Shown piece by piece: positions 58,345 through 64,000 of a stretch of DNA of 64,000 nt. Positions within the stretch are counted from its first letter, which is position 1, and each line of letters opens with the position of its first letter. Location of the stretch: positions 1,200 to 65,199 of the forward strand of contig JAZRQF010000074.1 of the NCBI GenBank assembly GCA_045649605.1, written 5' to 3'. The notes below the pieces were generated by a model. The model did not search any database. It was given only the letters and a program-made list of their open reading frames with translations, and was not told where the DNA came from. The stretch comes from Faecousia sp. GTDB lineage: Bacteria > Bacillota > Clostridia > Oscillospirales > Oscillospiraceae. The position numbers were made by a program, and so were the translations under genes.

Positions 58345-59655
58345 ATGAAGAGGTTTTTCTGTCTGCTGCTGGTCTCTTTTCTGCTGCTTGCCGGTTGTGG
58401 CACAACTACACCTGCAGAGCCTACCGAGCCGCCCTTTGAAGCTACCAATCCTCCTTTGCCTGCGCTGGCTGAGGATGGCAGCGCAGAGGAGATTCTGCAG
58501 GCTCGCCGTGATCTGGTTGAAAAGGCAATGCGTGATATGTGCACAATTCGTTGGACACCTGCTGAGACGATTCAGTACTCCCTATTTAATCAATCCCAGG
58601 GACTGGAGTCCGATAAGCAGACAAATCCTCAGGATATTGTCACACTGTACAAGGGTACGATTTATGAGGGGATTCCCTATACCCACGGCTCTAACTCTAT
58701 TTATGCGTTTTTGGAGTATGCCACAGCCGAATCTGAGACCGGTACGCTCACGCTTAGCAATCTGGAGACTGCTGATTTCAGTGGATATGGTTATCAGGAG
58801 ACTTTCCGTTGCGCCCGTTTGGGTACAGACTGTGCGGATCAGGTGTTTTGGGCGTGGAACCATATTTCCGACAGTATCACTTTTACAAGATGCCGCGAGA
58901 TGACACCGGCATATGGTTGTATTCCTGTTGGCGATTATACACTTACCGAAAGCACATTGCCGTATACCTATCCTATTTTGGAAGCAAATGGTATGGACGT
59001 GATGTACGAATCCTATGCAAAGATGCTGAAAGGTGATGCGCTGTCGTTCATGAACAGCAAACAAGGCGGCCATACCATTATGAATGTGGAAGTCCACGTT
59101 GTCCGCAACGAGGATGGCACGATCAATGGACAAGAGAGTTATGCCATCACGTTAGAGCAGGAGTCCGGGGATGAACGTACGCAGACCGACACTTATGTGG
59201 ACGAGACTACCGGTGAGACAATTGTTCGCCTGCAGGGCATTGACAGAAAGTATACCTTCCAGTATTTGTACCAGAAGGGTTACCTGCCGTTTACCTGCAA
59301 AGAACTGATCGATCCTGCACCATTGAATCCTGTTGAGCTTAAGGACTCTATTGAGAATCCCGGTATCGACAATATTTTTAAAGGCAAAGTTACCACCAAC
59401 TACCGTATCTCTTATGTCACGATTGACATTGCCGATGAGAAAGGTAACATTGTTCAGTCTTGTACAACCCACTGTTTGATGAAGGAATTGTACACCTTTG
59501 AGATGATCCGTTTCATCAGCGATGTTGAGAAGCTGGTTCAGAAGGGTTCTATTGTTCTGGATGCACTGGAAAGCGGCACCTACACCGTTACCCATACCGC
59601 AAGACTGGCTAACGGCGATCTGGTTGCGTTCCGTAACTTCACCTTTGAAAAATAA
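58345..59655 (+). CDS. Lipoprotein with papain/NlpC-P60-like domain (copy 2)
   Basis: LAGC lipobox; GIPY...GTDCAD...KGD...GHTIM...LEQ; full-length paralogue of copy 1. Confidence 0.75.
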   Translation: MKRFFCLLLVSFLLLAGCGTTTPAEPTEPPFEATNPPLPALAEDGSAEEILQARRDLVEKAMRDMCTIRWTPAETIQYSLFNQSQGLESDKQTNPQDIVTLYKGTIYEGIPYTHGSNSIYAFLEYATAESETGTLTLSNLETADFSGYGYQETFRCARLGTDCADQVFWAWNHISDSITFTRCREMTPAYGCIPVGDYTLTESTLPYTYPILEANGMDVMYESYAKMLKGDALSFMNSKQGGHTIMNVEVHVVRNEDGTINGQESYAITLEQESGDERTQTDTYVDETTGETIVRLQGIDRKYTFQYLYQKGYLPFTCKELIDPAPLNPVELKDSIENPGIDNIFKGKVTTNYRISYVTIDIADEKGNIVQSCTTHCLMKELYTFEMIRFISDVEKLVQKGSIVLDALESGTYTVTHTARLANGDLVAFRNFTFEK

Positions 59656-59667
59656 TCTTACAAAAAC

Positions 59668-59704
59668 AAAAAGCGTGTTACCCGACCGGGCAACACGCTT
59701 TTTT
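59668..59704. terminator. Bidirectional terminator
   Basis: AAAAGCGTGTTACCCG-ac-CGGGCAACACGCTTTTT. Confidence 0.75.
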
Positions 59705-59710
59705 ATGGTC

Positions 59711-60496
59711 TTAGAGGGTTTCTGTCATGCCATCAAAGCAAAGGCAAACGGAGGTAGAAGTATCGTGGCTATACTGTGCAGCCAGATCTTCATATACTTG
59801 GCGATTGTCCAGTATTTGTCTGCCATGGTGGGTCATACGTAATTTTTGTACATTGCGGCTGACTGCAAAATCGAATACACTTTGTACATCGTGGTGGCCG
59901 GACTCCATGATCAGCATATCGCAGCCGTCACCGATTAGGGGAGTTAACTCTTCCGGGGATTTCACATCGCCGGAATATACGATTCGTTTCCCTTCAGCTT
60001 CAATCAGGAAGGAGTAGCTGTGCCAGCCGTTTGTGCCGTCTTCCTTCATGTGGGTGTTATGCAGGGCGGTGACCCGGACATTTTCGTCGGCAAACAGCAG
60101 ACCGTCGGTAACCGGATACTCCTCCAGCGTATAGACCATAGTAGGGTCGGGACGACCAAAGGCCATATATTTTAATGCCTGCAGGATCTCCATATCCGGA
60201 AAATAAAGCTTCAACGTGTTGTTGCAAATCAGTTGCTTTTTAAAGCGCTTTGTCAGCTTTTGGAGGCATGCGAACAGAAGCGGCAGACCGCCAATATGGT
60301 CAATATGGGGATGGGACACGAAAATGGCAGCGGTGTTTGTGACCTCTACGCCGGAAGTGTGGGTGCGATGGGCGCAATTTTCGCCTGCATCAAACCAATA
60401 GTTGATGCCATTTACAGTCAGAATCCAGGATTGGTGGTGGGTATTCGGATAAGGCTCTGTGCCGGAGCACGTTCCCAAGAAATGAAGGTTTGCCAT
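59711..60496 (-). CDS. Metallo-beta-lactamase fold hydrolase (RNase Z/phosphodiesterase-like)
   Basis: FLGTCSG, FDAGE, SHPHIDHIGG, YSGD and MTHH motifs. Confidence 0.85.
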   Translation of the reverse strand: MANLHFLGTCSGTEPYPNTHHQSWILTVNGINYWFDAGENCAHRTHTSGVEVTNTAAIFVSHPHIDHIGGLPLLFACLQKLTKRFKKQLICNNTLKLYFPDMEILQALKYMAFGRPDPTMVYTLEEYPVTDGLLFADENVRVTALHNTHMKEDGTNGWHSYSFLIEAEGKRIVYSGDVKSPEELTPLIGDGCDMLIMESGHHDVQSVFDFAVSRNVQKLRMTHHGRQILDNRQVYEDLAAQYSHDTSTSVCLCFDGMTETL

Positions 60497-60562
60497 ACTG
60501 AGACCTCCTAGTTTGCAGATACGCTAATTGTAGCATATTTTTTGCTTTATGGCAAGCGACTC

Positions 60563-60620
60563 TGTGGTTGACATCTCTGTGAATGTGTGATAATATGTGG
60601 AAAAATGTGGAGGTTTGTGG
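60563..60620 (+). repeat. 10-bp phased TGTG(G/A) direct-repeat array over the DeoR promoter (putative operator)
   Basis: TGTGR at 60586, 60596, 60606 and 60616 (plus 60563 and 60578); TTGACA-N17-TAATAT promoter. Confidence 0.65.
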
Positions 60621-60622
60621 AT

Positions 60623-61402
60623 ATGCTTGCATCGCAAAGACAAAATCAAATTCATGAAATGCTGAAAAGCCAAGGCTCTGTCACGGTGGCGCACCTGACA
60701 GAAAAGTTCGGCGTATCCGTGGAAACCGTCCGTCGGGATCTTTTGACTATGGAGCAGGCTGGACTTTTATGCCGTGTACATGGCGGCGCGGTGGCTGCAA
60801 CTGAGATGATGCCCTACCGTCCGTTAGAATCCCGCAATTTGGAACAGAGTTCTCAAAAAGATGCCCTTGCCCGTAATGCGGCAGCGCTTGTCAAGGAAGG
60901 GGATTATATCGCCATCGGCACAGGTTCTACACCGATTCACTTTGCTCAGGCATTGAAAGAACGGCTGCACACGCTGACAGTAGTAACCTATTCTCTGCAC
61001 GTTTTTGAGATATTGCGTACTGTGCCCGGATTTCGGCTGATCCTTTTGGGCGGTCAGTATATTCCGGAGGAAAATTCCTTTTATGGACAACTGACTCTGG
61101 ATATGTTGGATGGCTTGCATGTACAGAAGGCGTTTGTATTCCCATCTGCGCTTTCTTTGGAACATGGAATCTGGGGTTATGAGGAGACGCTGTACCCCAT
61201 GCAGCAGAAAATGCTGCAGTGTTGTGATCAGGCATATATTTTGGCAGACAGCAGTAAGTTTGAACGCACTGCTTTGTATAAAGTTTCCGACATGCGTCCG
61301 GAGTATATTTATGTAACCGATCCGGAATTGCCGGAGCAGCTTCAGAAACTTTATGCCCAAAACGGATTTACGGTGATTACCGGAAAGGATCAGGCAGAAT
61401 GA
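60623..61402 (+). CDS. DeoR/GlpR-family regulator
   Basis: VSVETVRRDL, RVHGGA and ADSSKF motifs. Confidence 0.93.
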   Translation: MLASQRQNQIHEMLKSQGSVTVAHLTEKFGVSVETVRRDLLTMEQAGLLCRVHGGAVAATEMMPYRPLESRNLEQSSQKDALARNAAALVKEGDYIAIGTGSTPIHFAQALKERLHTLTVVTYSLHVFEILRTVPGFRLILLGGQYIPEENSFYGQLTLDMLDGLHVQKAFVFPSALSLEHGIWGYEETLYPMQQKMLQCCDQAYILADSSKFERTALYKVSDMRPEYIYVTDPELPEQLQKLYAQNGFTVITGKDQAE

Positions 61403-62592
61403 AAATCAGTTCAAGTGCAAGAAAAGCGCTGGCTATGGGATCTGTATGCGCCATAGCTTATTGCGCAGTCTATATATGCAGAAATATCCTCAGTGCGCTA
61501 TCGCCCCAATTGAAAGAGTTAGGCGTAGCCAGTGAGGCGCAATTGGGCACCATGTCCTCTGTGTTCTTTGCAGTCTATGCGTTGGGACAGCTGATCAACG
61601 GCGCTATTGGCGACAAAGTCAAAGGCAAATATATGGTGTCTATGGGATTGGTGCTGGCCAGCGTTTGCGTGATATCTCTGGCGTGGCTTGCCGGTACACC
61701 CCTTGTGTCCTATGTGGTATATGGCTCCATGGGCTTTTTCTTGGCAATGGTCTATGCGCCGCTGACAAAATTGCTTTCTGAAAACAATGAACCGGTGCAT
61801 GCCACCCGATGTGTTGTGGGTCTTGCCATCGGCTGTGATTTGGGCGCGCCGCTGGCAGGTTTGTTGGGAACAGCGTTGGCATGGCAAGGCGCATTTGTGA
61901 CCAGTGGCGGAATTCTGCTGACCATGGGCGTAATATTCTTTCTGCTTTTTACCGTGTATGAAAAGAGGGGAATGGTCCGTTACGGTCAGTTCCGGCCGAG
62001 CAAGGAAAGTGGCGGAAGCATCCAACTGCTGCTTCGCAGACAGATTGTAAAATGGACCTTTATTTCCATGCTGACCGGTGTGATCCGGACGGCGGTTCTG
62101 TTCTGGCTGCCTACTTATATATCCCAGCATCTGCAGTTTCCGCCGGAGCAGGCAACACTTCTGTTCACAGCGGCAACAACGGTGCTGATGGCTGGTGCTT
62201 TCTTGTCGGTATTCATTCACGGACGCTTGAAGCACAATCTGAATCTGAGTGTACTGGTATTTTTCGCAAGCTCAGCCATTTGCTTCCTGCTTGTTTATCT
62301 GATTCGGCAGCCGATTGTGAATTTGGTGTTTATGGTGTTGGCCATGCTCAGTTCTAACTGCGCCGCTTGCTTGATGTGGAACCACTACTGTCCCAGTTTG
62401 CGGGATACGGGCATGGTCTCCAGCGCCACCGGCTTTTTGGATTTTGCCAGCTATATGGCTGCGGCAATCTCGTCCAAACTGTTTGCCAATGCGGTTGGCG
62501 CCATTGGTTGGAGCAATCTGATTCTGGTTTGGGTTTTACTTATGTGTTCCGGCGTTGTCGTAGCGTTGATCCGTCCAAAGAAACAAAACTAA
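61399..62592 (+). CDS. MFS transporter (GlpT/UhpT sugar-phosphate antiporter-like)
   Basis: YICRNILS, YALGQLING.IGD, FWLPTY and SSATGFLD motifs; overlaps the DeoR stop. Confidence 0.8.
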   Translation: MKISSSARKALAMGSVCAIAYCAVYICRNILSALSPQLKELGVASEAQLGTMSSVFFAVYALGQLINGAIGDKVKGKYMVSMGLVLASVCVISLAWLAGTPLVSYVVYGSMGFFLAMVYAPLTKLLSENNEPVHATRCVVGLAIGCDLGAPLAGLLGTALAWQGAFVTSGGILLTMGVIFFLLFTVYEKRGMVRYGQFRPSKESGGSIQLLLRRQIVKWTFISMLTGVIRTAVLFWLPTYISQHLQFPPEQATLLFTAATTVLMAGAFLSVFIHGRLKHNLNLSVLVFFASSAICFLLVYLIRQPIVNLVFMVLAMLSSNCAACLMWNHYCPSLRDTGMVSSATGFLDFASYMAAAISSKLFANAVGAIGWSNLILVWVLLMCSGVVVALIRPKKQN

Positions 62593-62614
62593 AAATATTC
62601 TTGGAGGTATTTTT

Positions 62615-63925
62615 ATGAAAAAACTTTTATGTTTCCTACTGGCTAGTTTGTTGCTGCTGTCCGGCTGCGGCGCTGCCCCTGCGGCAGATCCTACCGAGCC
62701 GCCTTTTGAGGCAACTGCACCTACAATGGCAGCGCTTCCCGAGGGCGCTACCGATGAAGAAATCCTGCAGTACCGCCGTGATTTGGTAGAGCAGCAGATG
62801 CGTTATATGTGCACTGTCCGCTGGACACCTGCCGAGACCATTGAGTATTCTCTGGTGAACAGTTCTTTGGGTCTGGAAGCAGATAAAATTTCCAATCCTG
62901 ACGATATCATTACACTGCAGAAGGGCATTATTTACGAGGGCATTCCTTATACCCACGGTTGTCAATCTGCCTATGGTTTCTTGGAGTATGCGGCTTCTGA
63001 AACAGAGACCGGCACACTGGTGTTTGAAGATATGACCACCGAGGATCTCAGCGGCTATGGCAAAATGGAGCCTACCCGTTGCTGCCGTATTGGCACAGAC
63101 TGTGCTGACCAGGTGTTCTGGGCATGGAACCATATTGCTACCAGCATTTCTTTCCAGGTTACCAATGCAATGACGCCGTTTTATGGTTGCATTTTGGTGG
63201 GCGATTATACCCACGACATGCAGAAACTGGAGCATACCTATAAGATCTGTGAGCAGAACGGCATGGAGGTTATGTTTGAATCCTATGCGCAGATGCTTAA
63301 GGGCGATGCTATGGTGTTCATTAACTCCAAGGGCTCAGGCCATGCCATTATGAACGTAGAAGTTCACGTTGTCCGCAAAGAGGATGGCTCCATCGATCCC
63401 CAGCAAAGCTATGCAATCACCTTGGAGCAGGAGTCCGGCGATGAGCGTACCCAGACCGATACATACATCGACGAGGTCACCGGCGAGAAGATCGTTCGCC
63501 TCCAGGGCATTGACAGAAAATATACCTTCCTTTCCTTGTACCAAAAGGGTTATCTGCCTGTTACCTGCAAAGAATTGATCGATCCGGCACCCCTTGCTGA
63601 GGTGAAAATTACCGATTCTATCACCGAGCATAACGAAAAGACTATGTTCAAGGGCACCATTTCCTGTCCTTACCGCATTTCCTACGTTACCATTGATATC
63701 ACTGACAGCAAGGGCAATACCGTTCAGGCATGTACAACTTTCTCTATTGCCAACGAGATGCACGATTTCCAGCTGATTCGTTTCACCAGTGACGTGGAGA
63801 AGCTTGTCCAGAAAGGATATATCAATTTGGAGGAATTGCCCTCCGGAACTTACACGATCACCCACACTGCCCGGTTGGCAAATGGCGCCGAGATCGAGTT
63901 CCGCAATTGTACCTACGAGAAATAA
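62615..63925 (+). CDS. Lipoprotein with papain/NlpC-P60-like domain (copy 3)
   Basis: LSGC lipobox; GIPY...GTDCAD...KGD...GHAIM...LEQ. Confidence 0.75.
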   Translation: MKKLLCFLLASLLLLSGCGAAPAADPTEPPFEATAPTMAALPEGATDEEILQYRRDLVEQQMRYMCTVRWTPAETIEYSLVNSSLGLEADKISNPDDIITLQKGIIYEGIPYTHGCQSAYGFLEYAASETETGTLVFEDMTTEDLSGYGKMEPTRCCRIGTDCADQVFWAWNHIATSISFQVTNAMTPFYGCILVGDYTHDMQKLEHTYKICEQNGMEVMFESYAQMLKGDAMVFINSKGSGHAIMNVEVHVVRKEDGSIDPQQSYAITLEQESGDERTQTDTYIDEVTGEKIVRLQGIDRKYTFLSLYQKGYLPVTCKELIDPAPLAEVKITDSITEHNEKTMFKGTISCPYRISYVTIDITDSKGNTVQACTTFSIANEMHDFQLIRFTSDVEKLVQKGYINLEELPSGTYTITHTARLANGAEIEFRNCTYEK

Positions 63926-63936
63926 TTGAATTAAAA

Positions 63937-63972
63937 ATACCCGATAGCCGTAATGGCTATCGGGTGTTTTTT
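63937..63972 (+). terminator. Intrinsic terminator
   Basis: ATACCCGATAGCC-gtaat-GGCTATCGGGTGT followed by a T tract. Confidence 0.8.
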
Positions 63973-64000
63973 GTTTCTTACAGACCTGCCAGCTTCAGCA

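Noticed and set aside
56929-63925. Diversity-generating retroelement or invertase shufflon behind lipoprotein variation
   Set aside because: No reverse transcriptase or recombinase, no adenine-specific template/variable pair and no inverted sites; all copies are intact genes

Overview
Chromosomal window from an anaerobic, probably spore-forming Bacillota/Clostridia genome. An Oscillospiraceae-like assignment is my inference from gene content (T-box, SpoIVB, sigma-A promoters). I found no integrase, transposase, prophage or CRISPR array. Contents in order: fchA-folD-DUF1576; a cation:proton antiporter; a His-rich CsoR/RcnR metal sensor; trmB-mnmG; an M14 peptidase; a DAG kinase and a MutT; ruvCAB; a GH2; a compact 12-gene ethanolamine microcompartment (eut) operon; a Met T-box with metG; a heterodimeric ABC exporter; tRNA-Gly(CCC); several orphan enzymes; a LacI-controlled ceramidase-like/isomerase/GH28 cluster; spoIVB; iscS-iscU-Rrf2; and an XRE-TPR regulator next to a candidate sRNA. 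The last ~14 kb is the best candidate for an undescribed system. It pairs a cytoplasmic PHP metallohydrolase with a giant secreted beta-helix/PHP paralogue, and adds three mosaic papain/NlpC-P60-like lipoproteins, an MBL hydrolase, a GlpT-like MFS, and AraC and DeoR regulators. The second candidate is the eut operon, which has no local EutVW or riboswitch but has a forespore sigma-F/G-like promoter. All annotation is by eye from motifs; no database searches were run.
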